Source: Pseudomonadota bacterium
Lineage (GTDB): Bacteria; Bdellovibrionota_C; UBA2361; OMII01
Reading direction: 5' to 3'
Assembly (NCBI GenBank): GCA_038134595.1
Contig: JAYPVM010000002.1
Location: 200,565 to 264,564, forward strand
Length of the DNA: 64,000 nt
Shown piece after piece: positions 9,269 to 20,900 of this stretch (position 1 is the first letter of the stretch; every line of letters starts with the position of its first letter). The notes below the pieces were generated by a model. The model had not been told where the DNA came from and did no database searches. It saw only the letters and a program-made list of their open reading frames with translations. The translations under genes and the position numbers were made by a program.

Positions 9269-10567
9269 GTGGAGAGCATACGAGAAAGGTCAGAGCAGTT
9301 GTTTTGTCGAGCTAAGGAAATTTTCCCCGGTGGGGTCAATTCACCTGTTCGGGCATTTGGATCGGTTGCACGCACTCCGTTTTACGTTTCACATGCGCAA
9401 GGGCCGTATATGTGGGATGAGGATGGGAACCGGTATGTTGACTTTGTTAACAGTTGGGGGCCACTTGTTCTGGGGCACGCAGCTCCTAGCGTTGTGGAGG
9501 CGATTTCAAGACAGGCAAAGATTGGTACTTCGTATGGAGCCTGTCATAAGCTTGAGATTGAACTCGCAGAGATTATTCAAGGGTACTTGCCGTCTCTTGA
9601 GATGATTCGGTTTGTTAATTCGGGAACCGAGGCAGGGATGGCGGTAATTCGATTGGCTCGGGGTTTTACGAAGCGGTCAAAGATTGTGAAATTTCAGGGC
9701 TGCTACCACGGACACGCTGACATGTTGTTGGCGAAAGCGGGTTCTGGAGTGCTTACCTTTGGTATTCCAGGGTGTGATGGAGTGCCAGAGGCAGCAGTGT
9801 CCGATACACTTATTGCACAGTATAACGATCTTGATTCGGTTGAAGCACTCTTTGGCGAACATGGATCGGAAATTGCGTGTGTTATTGTTGAGCCTGTCGT
9901 TGGGAATTGCGGGCTTATCGTCCCTCAAGACGGCTTCCTCCGAGGGCTGCGAGAGATCGCTGATCGATTTGGTGCTTTGCTGATATTTGATGAGGTGATG
10001 ACCGGTTTTAGAGTAGATATGCGCGGAGCACAGGGTTTGTTTGGAGTGACTCCCGACTTGACCATGCTGGGAAAAGTTATAGGCGGAGGTTTGCCGGTCG
10101 GTGCTTTTGGTGGCAGGAGAGAGATAATGGAGCTGTTAGCGCCGATTGGGGGCGTGTATCAAGCTGGCACTCTTTCAGGGAACCCGCTTGCCATGGCGGC
10201 CGGTGCGGCTGCTCTTCGAGAGTGGGGTGCTGGAGATAAATTTGAACAGACGAGTCTGGCCACGAAGAAGCTCGTTGACTCAGTGAGGGAGCTGGCTGGT
10301 AGATTTTCTCATCTCGTTCAGACCACGCACGTGGGTACGATGTTTGGGTTCTTTTTCTCGCCCGAGCCTGTTTATTCATTTGAAGATACGCTCAAGGTCG
10401 ATAAAGATAAATTTTCTAGCTTTTTTTCTATTATGCTAGATCGGGGGGTGTATTTTGCGCCGTCGGCGTTCGAAGCCGGGTTCGTGTCGAATGCCCATGT
10501 GGGGGATCCGATGTCCTTTGCGTTGTCACAAATTGAGGAAGGTCTTAAAGAGTTGGTCCAAGCTTAG
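9269..10567 (+). CDS. hemL: Glutamate-1-semialdehyde 2,1-aminomutase
   Basis: PGGVNSPVRAF, RFVNSGTEA, GCYHGHAD, FDEVMTGFR, LGKVIGGGLP (PLP Lys), YQAGTLSGNP. Confidence 0.98.
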   Translation: MESIRERSEQLFCRAKEIFPGGVNSPVRAFGSVARTPFYVSHAQGPYMWDEDGNRYVDFVNSWGPLVLGHAAPSVVEAISRQAKIGTSYGACHKLEIELAEIIQGYLPSLEMIRFVNSGTEAGMAVIRLARGFTKRSKIVKFQGCYHGHADMLLAKAGSGVLTFGIPGCDGVPEAAVSDTLIAQYNDLDSVEALFGEHGSEIACVIVEPVVGNCGLIVPQDGFLRGLREIADRFGALLIFDEVMTGFRVDMRGAQGLFGVTPDLTMLGKVIGGGLPVGAFGGRREIMELLAPIGGVYQAGTLSGNPLAMAAGAAALREWGAGDKFEQTSLATKKLVDSVRELAGRFSHLVQTTHVGTMFGFFFSPEPVYSFEDTLKVDKDKFSSFFSIMLDRGVYFAPSAFEAGFVSNAHVGDPMSFALSQIEEGLKELVQA

Positions 10568-10569
10568 CT

Positions 10570-11256
10570 TTAGGATTGTAGGAAGCCATTGAAAAAAGAG
10601 ACGATTTGGGGCGTCAGCCCGGGATATATCATCTCTGTGATATAAAGCGAGATGATAAAGGACCCAAGTAGTAACGGAAGCGTGAGAATTCCCAAGAAAA
10701 ATCCAAGTAGCTTTGTTAGGTTTAAAATAACAGCCAAGCCGCACGAGACTGAATAAAGACTCACGAGGGCCCCTAGCCTAATCGCAAACGGAAACAGCAT
10801 AACTAGGTAGTCAGAGGATCTTGCGTAGCCTGTCATGATAAAAGTCAGGAGTGTTAACTCTCCTTGGAGCCCTTTGTTTAAGCCGTAGAGGATCGCCATA
10901 ACAGTTGTAAGCGGTGCGAGTGCATAGATGATCAGACTGAAGACTTGAAGTGTATTCGCGCTCGAATGGAGTAGTTTTACAGATGTAGCGAGCAATATAG
11001 AGGTAAGTATTATCGTTAGTAATGAGGTGAATAATATTCCCTTTACAAGTGTGAGGTGTTGAGAGCTTTCGAGGGCATCGGGTGCCGTCATTAGTGGAGG
11101 GAGGAGGCAGATTAACATGAAGAGACAGGTCGTAGGAAGGATGTAGGGCGGGATGCCATGGACATGAAACGCCCGAGTTAAGACCCCACGCGGATCGACG
11201 AAGAGGGTTAAGAAAACATCAAGCAGCGATAGTGCTTTTCTCTGTGATTGGGCCAT
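10570..11256 (-). CDS. Polytopic membrane protein, Yip1-like
   Basis: About 5 hydrophobic segments; N-terminal LFVDP and IIYALAP resemble Yip1-domain proteins. Confidence 0.6.
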   Translation of the reverse strand: MAQSQRKALSLLDVFLTLFVDPRGVLTRAFHVHGIPPYILPTTCLFMLICLLPPLMTAPDALESSQHLTLVKGILFTSLLTIILTSILLATSVKLLHSSANTLQVFSLIIYALAPLTTVMAILYGLNKGLQGELTLLTFIMTGYARSSDYLVMLFPFAIRLGALVSLYSVSCGLAVILNLTKLLGFFLGILTLPLLLGSFIISLYITEMIYPGLTPQIVSFFNGFLQS

Positions 11257-11758
11257 GCGAGGGTGCCTGTATATAAGTAGAAATTGCTTCGGTTATAAAA
11301 CGGATGACCGAGTGCGCAAAGAGGGTTTATTGTGTTTTATATTTGAAGGGGTGCTTTACAGCGAACTCTTCGACTTTATAAGCGAGAAGGGGGTAATTTT
11401 TGCAGCTAGCGTAGATCGTCCATTTTTTGTTGTTGAGGATAAGGCGTGGTTCTGGCCAAAAAGGATGTAGTTTGCTCGAGGTGCTAGTCTGCCAGCCCGG
11501 GAGATTGGGGGAAACGCTTTGATCTTGCTGGGTTTTTGAAAGTTGTGAGTTGGCGCCGGCCCAGATTGAAGAAGGGGCCGTATCGGTCGTGGTGTAACAG
11601 GTACTGTCGTGTTGTTGGGTCCGTGAGGAGCAAGGTTGATTAGGGATGATGAAGATTTGGTAGCACATAGAAGATAAGGAAACTTTACGAGAGACCCGTT
11701 GCAATTGACGGCCTGCTCTGATAACCTCTCCAACGTTCGCTTAACGGTGAATTAGTGG

Positions 11759-11834
11759 GCGGGAGTAGCTCAGTTGGTAGAGCATCAGCCTTCCAAGCTG
11801 AGGGTCGCGGGTTCGAACCTCGTCTCCCGCTCCA
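11759..11834 (+). tRNA. tRNA-Gly (anticodon TCC), CCA encoded
   Basis: Acceptor GCGGGAG/CTCCCGC, D-arm TAGCTCAGTTGGTAGAGC, anticodon arm TCAGC-CTTCCAA-GCTGA, T-loop GGTTCGAACC, 3' TCCA. Confidence 0.98.
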
Positions 11835-12366
11835 TTTTTTAATTCTACTAGAGTTTCAATTCCAGCAAAGTTCGACATCAGTTCGGCTTGGCCTTGTTTG
11901 CTAACCGACTGGGTTTGTCTGTAATCGACTGGCCCATTTCTTGCTGATCTCTCATTAATTCGCCCTACTGAAATCAATTTTCTTTCCTGATATTGTTGGG
12001 TCTCGTGTTTGTAAGATTTGGATGTAATTGGTCGTAATGTTGCTCGCGCTTTAATCCATTTATATTTATTGAGACTGCGCACGTTTTTTCTTAAGTCGGC
12101 AGCTGGGCTTTTTAAATGCAGCAGAGCCTTGTTGTGCGTTCGGTCTGATTGGTTTTTCTACCAGGGCTTTTAACGCCTGAGTGCCCTTGTCCGGTGCTCC
12201 AGTGATTTGAATGGCTAGGGGCTTCAGTATCGCCGAAAACATTTAATGATTACTGTTTTCTCCCTAAGATTGTATAATCAAAGCGTTGTCTACTGAAGTA
12301 GCCTGGTGCGAGATTTGCGGATCACTGTAGTTACGGCACCATATTAAAATATGTAAGGAGAGGCAG

Positions 12367-13884
12367 ATGGCAGGAGAGGAAGACGGGAATGCTCAAAATG
12401 GTACTTTGTATTCTGCATGGGGCAAACAAGGCTATGTTGGTCAAAATGGTCGAAAGCTAAGGAGCGTCTCCCCGATCGATGGACAGGTAGTTGGGGAGTT
12501 ATTGGTCGCAAGTGATGAGTGTTATGAGGCTGTAATTGAAGATGCCCAGGAGGTTTTTAAAGAGTGGAGAAAGGTGCCTGCCCCGGAGCGTGGAAAGATA
12601 GTTCGCGAGATAGGCAATGGGTTTAGAGATTCCAAGGCTCAATTGGGAGAGCTCGTTAGCCGAGAGGTTGGAAAAATTCGAGCGGAAGGTGAGGGCGAGA
12701 TTCAGGAGGCGATAGATATTGCCGACTTCTCCGTGGGGCTCTCGCGACAGCTCTATGGCTTGGTTATTCAGAGTGAGCGTTTAGACCACCGCATGATAGA
12801 GCAGTGGCATCCGCTGGGTCCTGTGGGTGTTATATCTGCATTTAACTTTCCTGTAGCTGTTTGGGCGTGGAATGCGATGGTTGCCGCGGTCTGTGGGGAT
12901 GTTGTTATTTGGAAGCCCTCAAACTTAGCACCTATTTGCGCGGTTACAGCAAATGAGATTGCGCGTTCAGTCGCAAAGCAATATGGATTTGAGGGGGTAT
13001 TTTCGCTTCTCATAGATGATGGCGATACGTTAGGTAAACGATTGGCTGCTGACCCTCGTATTCCACTTGTTTCAGCCACCGGATCTTGTGAGATGGGTCG
13101 TTCGGTGTCGGAGGTGGTTGGTCGTCGTCTCGGAAGGAGTATCCTTGAGCTGGGCGGAAATAATGCAGTCACCATTTTGGCTGATGCGGACATGGACTTA
13201 GCGATAGCAGGGGTCTTGTTTGGTGCAGTCGGAACGGCTGGACAGCGTTGTACCAGTATTCGTAGGGTGTTGGTGCATCGAAGTGTCCAGGATGAGTTTA
13301 CGTCACGACTAAAGAAGACCTACCAGCAAGTATCGATAGGAGATCCGCTGGTCGAGGGGGTCTTGATGGGTCCGCTTATTAATCAGAGAGCGGTAGAGTC
13401 ATACGAATTGGCGATTAAGACAGCGATAAGTCAAGGCGGTCAGGTGTTGTATGGAGGGTCGGTTTTGCAAGATATGCCTTCGGGTAATTTTGTTGAACCC
13501 ACAATTATCCTAGCTTCCCGTGATATGCCGATTGTTCAGGAGGAGACATTTGCTCCGATAGTTTTCGTCATACCGATTGATACGTTAGAGGAGGCAATTT
13601 CTATCAACAATGAGGTCAGGCAAGGGTTGAGCTCCGCTTTGTTTACGAGAGATATGCGCTCGGTTGAGCAGTTTTTAGCGTCCGTTGGGAGTGATTGCGG
13701 AATCGCCAATGTGAATATGGGTACTTCGGGTGCTGAAATAGGTGGAGCGTTTGGCGGTGAAAAAGACACTGGGGGTGGTAGGGAGTCGGGAACCGATTCC
13801 TGGAAGCAGTACATGCGTCGACAAACCTGCTCGATAAATTACGGGAATAAAATGCCATTAGCGCAGGGTATAAAGTTTTCTTAG
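12367..13884 (+). CDS. Aldehyde dehydrogenase, ALDH7/antiquitin (aminoadipate-semialdehyde) type
   Basis: ISAFNFPVAV, ELGGNNA, GTAGQRCT (catalytic Cys), ETFAP, SGAEIGGAFGGEKDTGGGRESG, LAQGIKF. Confidence 0.93.
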   Translation: MAGEEDGNAQNGTLYSAWGKQGYVGQNGRKLRSVSPIDGQVVGELLVASDECYEAVIEDAQEVFKEWRKVPAPERGKIVREIGNGFRDSKAQLGELVSREVGKIRAEGEGEIQEAIDIADFSVGLSRQLYGLVIQSERLDHRMIEQWHPLGPVGVISAFNFPVAVWAWNAMVAAVCGDVVIWKPSNLAPICAVTANEIARSVAKQYGFEGVFSLLIDDGDTLGKRLAADPRIPLVSATGSCEMGRSVSEVVGRRLGRSILELGGNNAVTILADADMDLAIAGVLFGAVGTAGQRCTSIRRVLVHRSVQDEFTSRLKKTYQQVSIGDPLVEGVLMGPLINQRAVESYELAIKTAISQGGQVLYGGSVLQDMPSGNFVEPTIILASRDMPIVQEETFAPIVFVIPIDTLEEAISINNEVRQGLSSALFTRDMRSVEQFLASVGSDCGIANVNMGTSGAEIGGAFGGEKDTGGGRESGTDSWKQYMRRQTCSINYGNKMPLAQGIKFS

Positions 13885-14008
13885 TATGGTGTGGCGCTAA
13901 TTGTTTCCGGCGAAATGAGTGGCCGCGGCTGTCGGGTGGAGATAGCTGCGTAGGAGTATCTGGAGAGTATTTCTCAAGAGCGATTTCTTGTGATAATAAA
14001 GACTATAG

Positions 14009-14092
14009 GCCCTGATGCTGGAATTGGTAGACAGGCATGATTCAGGATCATGTGTCCTTTTGGGCGTGGAGGTTCAAGTCCTCTTCAGGGCA
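14009..14092 (+). tRNA. tRNA-Leu (anticodon CAG), CCA not encoded
   Basis: Acceptor GCCCTGA/TCAGGGC plus discriminator A, anticodon arm CATGA-TTCAGGA-TCATG, long variable arm, GGTTCAAGTCC. Confidence 0.96.
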
Positions 14093-14420
14093 GAGTGGGT
14101 CCCTTCGTTTTTGCGAATCGGAGGAATCATTAATGGATGGAAGGTTAGTTGTGGAGCCCCAATATCCACATGGGGGCGACTAATGTTCTGTTTCTGAAAT
14201 TGCAGGGAGCAGGACCACGAGATTTCAGCTGGTTATCTAGCTGAAAAGGTTGGTGCTTCATGGCTTTCCGGTGAAGTAAATATTGTGTAGGCTATGAGAT
14301 ATGGCGACCCCGGTTTGGGGCCGCGGCGGTTAGAAGCACTGGAACATGTTGTGCTCGCTTTGTTGTTAAAATGTCTCGGCGGCGGAAACGGCAGGCCGAT
14401 GCGGCTTTATTAGGATTGTC

Positions 14421-14567
14421 ATGAGAGGTATTTGTCTTTCACATTTGATTATTGTATCTATCTGCATTTGCTCAATATTACTTACCGGATGCGACAGGCG
14501 ACCGAAAGAGTATGCGGGAATCGCCGACACGACGTCGAGTGAGGAAATAGATCCACATTCCTACTAA
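14421..14567 (+). CDS. Small (48 aa) predicted lipoprotein, not in the ORF track
   Basis: Translates MRGICLSHLIIVSICICSILLTGCDRRPKEYAGIADTTSSEEIDPHSY*; lipobox LTG-C; TAGGA 5 nt before the ATG. Confidence 0.6.
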   Translation: MRGICLSHLIIVSICICSILLTGCDRRPKEYAGIADTTSSEEIDPHSY

Positions 14568-14660
14568 GCTTTACATGAATCACCTAAGTTTCTACTCGAC
14601 CGCATTGTTATAGTGATTCTTGATTCCTAAACGGATACACTGAATAAGAGAGGTGTGGCT

Positions 14661-15734
14661 ATGTCCAAATTGGTGCTAGATCAGTGCGGTGTTCGCGGTC
14701 ACGAACAAGTCTGTTATTTCAACTATCCGGATGTTGGCTTGCGGGCGATAGTTGGTATTCATGATACAACGCTTGGCCCAGCTCTCGGCGGCTGTCGTAT
14801 GCGGGTGTATTCGGACGAGAATGAGGCGTTGGATGATGTTCTTAGGCTCTCCGAAGGAATGACGTATAAAAGTGCACTAGCTGATTTGCCGCTAGGCGGT
14901 GGGAAATCGTGTCTTTTGGTTGATCCCCATCTTAAAGAGGGACGCCGTGAGTTGTTTCATAAATTTGGCGAATGTCTCAATGCCCTCGCTGGTCGGTACA
15001 TAACTGCCGAGGATATGGGGACCTCCGTTTCGGACATGATGTGGATTCGAGAGGTTTCTCAACACGTAGTGGGTACCGATACCAAGTCCGGTGGAGCAGG
15101 TGATCCATCGCCATGGACTGCGCTGGGTGTTTTTAATGCCATGAAAGCCGGTGTTGAATCAGCATTTCCTACGACCCCAGATATAAGAGGTAAGAGGATT
15201 TCTATTCAAGGGGTGGGTCATGTCGGAATGTATCTTGTAGGGCACTTGCATAGTGCTGGTGCTATTGTGACTGTTACCGATACTAATGAGGATCATGTTG
15301 CATTGGCGCGCAATCGATTCGGCGTAGAGGTGGTCGAACCAGAAGCGATCTATGCTGTTCCTTGTGATGTTTTCGCCCCTTGTGCGGTTGGTCAAACCGT
15401 CAATGAGGCCACGCTTCAATTACTCTCGTGTAAGGTGATCGCGGGTGCGGCTAACAATCAACTACCGGATGCTAGCGTCTATAATCTTTTGAGGGAAAAG
15501 CGGATAATATACTGTCCGGATTTTGTGATTAATTCAGGTGGAGTCATCTGCGTGTGTGCCGAGGCGATTGGTAAGCTTCCGTCTCCTAACTGGGTTGAGG
15601 AGAAAGTGGAGGCAATCTATACAACGACAGCAAGGATTCTGTCGCGGGCCGAAAAGGAGGATCGAAATACGGAAGAGGTGGCAATAGAGCTCGCCAAGGC
15701 AAAGATTAGCAGTTGTAAGCGTGGCGAGTTGTGA
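14661..15734 (+). CDS. Leu/Phe/Val (amino-acid) dehydrogenase
   Basis: [65 protein letters not shown]. Confidence 0.93.
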   Translation: MSKLVLDQCGVRGHEQVCYFNYPDVGLRAIVGIHDTTLGPALGGCRMRVYSDENEALDDVLRLSEGMTYKSALADLPLGGGKSCLLVDPHLKEGRRELFHKFGECLNALAGRYITAEDMGTSVSDMMWIREVSQHVVGTDTKSGGAGDPSPWTALGVFNAMKAGVESAFPTTPDIRGKRISIQGVGHVGMYLVGHLHSAGAIVTVTDTNEDHVALARNRFGVEVVEPEAIYAVPCDVFAPCAVGQTVNEATLQLLSCKVIAGAANNQLPDASVYNLLREKRIIYCPDFVINSGGVICVCAEAIGKLPSPNWVEEKVEAIYTTTARILSRAEKEDRNTEEVAIELAKAKISSCKRGEL

Positions 15735-17767
15735 CAGAAAGACGACCCGTTAAGGGTTTGGCGTTGGAACCCGCTAGCTTCGACCTGATTACCCGCTACC
15801 AACCGCAAGGAGATCAGCCATCAGCGATTGCCAGTCTTACTGAAAATATTTTAAAGGGTGTTTCCTATCAGACTCTGTTGGGGGTTACAGGTTCGGGCAA
15901 GACGTTTACTGTCGCTAATGTTATCGCAAAATTAAAAAGGCCCGCCCTTGTTGTTGCGCCAAACAAGACGCTTGCGGCGCAGTTGTATCATGAGTTTGCT
16001 GAGTTTTTTCCGAAAAACAAGGTTAAGTACTTCGTAAGCTACTACGATTATTATCAACCGGAAGCGTATATTCCATCGACCGACACCTATATCGAAAAGG
16101 ATTCTGCCATTAATGAAGAGATAGACAAAATGCGACACGCCGCAACAAAGTCGCTGCTTGAGGCTAGGGATGTGATAATAGTTGCCAGTGTTAGTTGTAT
16201 TTATGGATTGGGAGCTCCAGAGGATTACTTCAAGATGATGTTGTTTCTTGAAGTGGGTGATAATCTCGGGAGAGAATCAATTATCGAAAAGTTAGTCTTT
16301 ATGCAATATAAGCGGACCGATGTTGAATTTGTAAGGGGAACATTTCGTGTCCGAGGAGAAATTATCGACATCTTTCCATCAGACCAGGATGCTGTCGCAA
16401 CGCGAGTTGTACTGTTCGGAGATGAAATAGAGGAGATTCGAGAGTTTGATCCACTTCTAGGTACTACGAAACGACAAATTACCACGGCCGCAATATATCC
16501 TGTTAGTCACTTCGTTACATCCCGCGACTCGGTAGAGAGGGCAATCGGAACGATTCGAGAGGAGTTGGCGCAATGGACACCACAATTATTGAGACAGGGT
16601 AAGGTGGCGGAGAGCCAGAGGCTTGAGCAGCGAACGCTCTACGATCTTGAGTTGCTTGAGGAGATAGGTTTTTGCAGGGGAATTGAAAACTATAGCCGTC
16701 ATATGGCGGGACGAGTACCGGGCGAGCCGCCTACAACGCTTCTTGATTACTTTCCAGATGATTTTCTGTTGGTTGTGGATGAGAGTCACGTAACCGTGCC
16801 GCAGATAGGCGGCATGTTTCGAGGAGATCGAGCGCGAAAGGGAACATTAGTTGATTTCGGATTCCGCCTCCCCTCAGCGCTCGACAATCGACCGCTAACT
16901 ATGGATGAATTCTGGGAGAGGGCAGGTCAGACGATTTTTGTCTCGGCAACTCCGGCGGATTTTGAGCTAGAGAAAAGTCAAGGGGTTGTGGTAGAGCAAG
17001 TGAATAGACCCACTGGTCTTCTCGATCCGGAAGTGACAGTGAAGCCAGCCCGAAATCAGGTAGATGATCTGTTAGGAGAGATTCAGCAGACAATACATAG
17101 TGGTCAGAGGGTACTAGCAATAACTCTGACTAAAAAAATGGCCGAGGACCTCTCGACTTACTTGCGAGAAATTGGCATCAAGGCTCGTTATCTACATTCT
17201 GATATTACAACGATCGAGAGAGTCGAGATACTACGTGGTCTTCGAAGAGGTGATTTCGATGTTCTGATTGGAATTAATCTCTTGCGAGAGGGCTTAGACC
17301 TTGTAGAGGTTGGCCTGGTGGCTATTTTAGATGCTGATAAGGAGGGGTTTTTGCGCTCCACCCGCTCGCTTATTCAAATTATGGGTCGAGCGGCGCGAAA
17401 CGTCTCCGGGCGGGTTATTCTCTATGCAGATAAAGAGACAAAATCAATGAGTGAAGCGCTCGCGGAGACGGATCGTCGTCGAAGTATACAAGCTCAGTAT
17501 AATGCGGAGCACGGAATTACGCCGCAGTCAGCTAAGCGCTCCGTTGAACCATCTCTAGTGGCGGGAGAGGAGGTTAGAGACTCGAACTCAGTTGAGGATT
17601 ATGGCAAGGATTCCATCCCGTCTGATCCAAAGGAGCAAAAGACTTTGTTAGAAGGCTTGAAGAAGAAGATGTTTGAGCACGCTGCTCGCCGGGAATTTGA
17701 GGAGGCTGCATCGCTTCGAGATAGGATTCAATCTATAACCAAGGCTCTTATGGAACAGCCATCCTAA
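15731..17767 (+). CDS. uvrB: Excinuclease ABC subunit B
   Basis: [49 protein letters not shown]-terminal UVR domain. Confidence 0.99.
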   Translation: MTERRPVKGLALEPASFDLITRYQPQGDQPSAIASLTENILKGVSYQTLLGVTGSGKTFTVANVIAKLKRPALVVAPNKTLAAQLYHEFAEFFPKNKVKYFVSYYDYYQPEAYIPSTDTYIEKDSAINEEIDKMRHAATKSLLEARDVIIVASVSCIYGLGAPEDYFKMMLFLEVGDNLGRESIIEKLVFMQYKRTDVEFVRGTFRVRGEIIDIFPSDQDAVATRVVLFGDEIEEIREFDPLLGTTKRQITTAAIYPVSHFVTSRDSVERAIGTIREELAQWTPQLLRQGKVAESQRLEQRTLYDLELLEEIGFCRGIENYSRHMAGRVPGEPPTTLLDYFPDDFLLVVDESHVTVPQIGGMFRGDRARKGTLVDFGFRLPSALDNRPLTMDEFWERAGQTIFVSATPADFELEKSQGVVVEQVNRPTGLLDPEVTVKPARNQVDDLLGEIQQTIHSGQRVLAITLTKKMAEDLSTYLREIGIKARYLHSDITTIERVEILRGLRRGDFDVLIGINLLREGLDLVEVGLVAILDADKEGFLRSTRSLIQIMGRAARNVSGRVILYADKETKSMSEALAETDRRRSIQAQYNAEHGITPQSAKRSVEPSLVAGEEVRDSNSVEDYGKDSIPSDPKEQKTLLEGLKKKMFEHAARREFEEAASLRDRIQSITKALMEQPS

Positions 17768-17973
17768 TGAATGTACTCGGCTAATAAGTTTTTTAGATTG
17801 ATCTGTAACACGAATAGAAATTGTGGCTAGAAGATGCTGCGGTTACGCCAAGGATGTGTCCCAGGCCGTTAGCCAGCCGTAAACGTTTAGCGAATTGGTA
17901 GGTAGTGTATGTGGTCTATCAGGTTGTCCTCAATGCGCAGAGGAAAATAAGAGATAGGTTATGGATCTTACGG

Positions 17974-20900
17974 CTACTTTCCGCTAAGCCCCATTGTTAT
18001 TAGTACCCGGACTTCGTCTCCGTAAGATATGTCGTCAAATGGAATCCGAGTGCCCTCGAAGGGTCTTCCATCCACTGACATAGATTGAATACCTGTTTCC
18101 TGATTGTTTGGGTTTAACACCTCGATGATAAATGTCCGGTTGTTTTTTCTGTATCGAAGAGAGAATTCAGTCCATTGAGAAGGAATGCACGGATTTACTG
18201 AAAAACCGTCGGGATAAATGTTGAATCCGAGTATGTGGTGGAGGCCGGCTTGGTATAACCACCCAGCGGAACCTGTGTACCAACTCCAACCTGCCCGACC
18301 CAAGAGGGGCTGCTCGGAGTAAACGTCTCCACACATTACGTATGGTTCTCCCTGATAGGTCTGAATTTCGTCGCTGGTGGACGTATGGTTGACGGGATTT
18401 ATGAGCTCAAAAAGTTCATAAGCGGTGCTCCCGTGGCGTAGTAGCGTGTGTGCTATTATTACCCAGGCTGCGGCATGAGTGTATTGGCCCCCATTTTCTC
18501 GTACCCCTGGCGGATATCCTTTGATGTAGCCAGGATTCTTCTCCATCGTATGAAAAGGCGGAGATAGGAGTTTGATGAGTTTTGCATCCCGGTCGACAAG
18601 TTTATTCGTGGCAGATTCCAGCGCTTGTTGGGCGCGCTCAGCTTTTGCCTTATTTGAGATTACCGCCCATGATTGACACAGTGAATCAATCCGGCATTCC
18701 TCACTAGTACTAGTACCGACAGGTGTACCATCGTCAAAAAATGCACGCCGGTACCACTGCCCATCCCAGCCTTCGAGTTCGGCAGCTTCGACAAGTCTGT
18801 TTGCTCGTTGCTGTAGAAGCTTTGCGCGCTCAAGCTCTCCCTGCGAGAGCAGGATAGGAGCAAAGCGACGGATTACTTCAGCTTGGAACCAAGCAAGCCA
18901 TACGCTCTCTCCTTTGCCCTCTTTGCCGATTTCGTTCATGCCATCGTTCCAATCGCCTGCTCCGATAAGCGGTAGACCGTGGGAGCCACAGCCTTCAGTA
19001 GCATCGAAAGCACGTAGACAGTGCTCTAGAATACTAGCAGATTCCTGACTTATTTCGGGTGTGAAGTACGACTCCATTTGACCTTCTTCTAATCGTGCTC
19101 CCGAAATAAAACTAACTTGCTCGGATAGAATAGAATGATCTCCAGTTGTCTCAACGTAGCGAGCAACGACGTATGGTAGCCATAACAAGTCATCAGATAT
19201 CTTTGTTCGTACCCCTCTGTTAGTAGGGGGATGCCACCAGTGCTGAACATCTCCCTCGGTGAACTGTTGCGCGGCATGCTCTAATATCTGTTTCCGCGTG
19301 AGTTCGGGATCGATCGGTAACATGACCAGAGAGTCTTGTAGCTGGTCTCGGAATCCCAATGCTCCACCACTTTGATAAAATGCAGAGCGAGCGTAGAGCC
19401 GGCAGGCCAAGGTCTGATACAACAACCATCCATTCATTAATACATTGAAACTGTCGTCAGGCGTAGAGATTGAGATAGACCGTAATAGTTGTTCCCAGTG
19501 CGCCTTAACCTGACTCTTGGCTGAGTGAATAGTTTGTTGGCTCTTGTAGTTGGCGACTTTAGTCCGAGACTCCTCGATTGAGGCGTGTTCTGAGAGAAAA
19601 AAGTGCAGAGAGCGTGTTTCATTAGGTGAAAGTGTAACGCTAACTTGCAAGACAACGCATGGGTCACTTCCTGCGCCCGTTTTACCGGACAGTTTGATAC
19701 TCTTGCTTCTGGTTGACATGAATGAGTTGCTCATCCCTTGTCGGAGCATAACTGGTGAGGAGAGATCACCTTGCTTACCAATAAATTCCAATCGGGATGT
19801 GGTATGCCCAATAATTGGACCACTTGCTCCTATTGAACAAATTCGGCCGGAAAATTCATTGTTGTACCGGTTCCGAGCCTGAATAATCTGATTAGACCTA
19901 TCAAATGACGTCGTGATAAATCGATAGGCGTCCTGCTTCACGATACCCAAAACTAGTTCGGAGTACGAGAATAGCTCTAAACGAAGTTCATTCTCACCTC
20001 TGTTGGTAAGTTCGATTTGCGTCCACTTTACGGGCTCGTCGGGAGAAACAAATATCTCTAAGGATGAGTCTATGTCAGAGTTGTTGGTAGAAAACCTGGT
20101 GAAACCAAATCCATGCTCTACTTTATATGAAAGACCAGAACCGCAAGGATTCGGCGCAAGTGACCAAAACTCCCCCGATTCTACATTTCGAAGATATACA
20201 ACTTCGCTTGGAGGATCTAATACAGGGTCGTTTGACCATTCGGTTATTCTGTTTTCTCGGCTATTCTGGGACCAGGTGTATCCGCCGCCAGACTCTGTTA
20301 TGAGGGTGCCGAAGGAAGGGTTTGCAATCACGTTGGACCAAGGTAGAGGTGTCGGCGCTCTTTCGCTTGCGATAAGTTTATAGTGATTTGAGTTCTTGCA
20401 GAATCCTCCAATTCCATTAAAGAGTAGTAGATTCTGGGGTTCGATATCTACATCTGCGTGCGAACGTATTTGGTTTTCCGCGACGCCGTTGCTTGTAGTT
20501 TGTTCGAAGGGGGCTTCAGCAAGAAGCTCTGATAACCCACCAACAGAGCAATCAAGGACAACTCGTGCCACCGTCTCTAATAGACTTGACTCAGCATCGG
20601 ATATCTGGAGAGTTGAGCGGAGAAAAACACCACCGGAGCGGTCAATAAGAGCGCCCGCTGGCGTTAGCCTAACAGCGTATTCGATATCCTCTGCGAGTTG
20701 CTGGATATAGCCGCCCTCGTTGTGATGAAGCACGACTAAATCAAATTCTAGTCCCCTTTCCCGTAAAAAGTGATGTGCTAGAAGCATCTCTTGTAGGTGC
20801 TTAATCTGACGCACGTCCGAGAGTCTTAGTAAAACAAGGGGTAGGTCTCCGGAAACTCCAAAGCGCCAGAGGGCAGACTGCGTGAGCGTATTATTCTTTA

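Noticed and set aside
11255..11733. Overlapping 71-125 aa ORFs between the Yip1-like gene and tRNA-Gly
   Set aside because: No motif, no clear RBS, mutually overlapping; probably non-coding.
12190..12265. Possible lysine riboswitch before ALDH7
   Set aside because: Only CGCCGAA matches; the AGAGGxGC, GAAAGG and ACTGTC blocks are absent.
11741..14197. ORFs 11741-12082 and 14015-14197 (also 55471-55659)
   Set aside because: They overlap tRNA genes and are translations of tRNA sequence.
14172..14200. GGGGGCGAC resembling a tmRNA 5' end
   Set aside because: No following GGxTTCGAC and no tRNA-like 3' end with CCA.
17768..17973. 7-10 bp pairings between uvrB and cgs (similar ones at 62060-62170)
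   Set aside because: Short, G-U-rich and not collinear; expected by chance in G/T-rich sequence.
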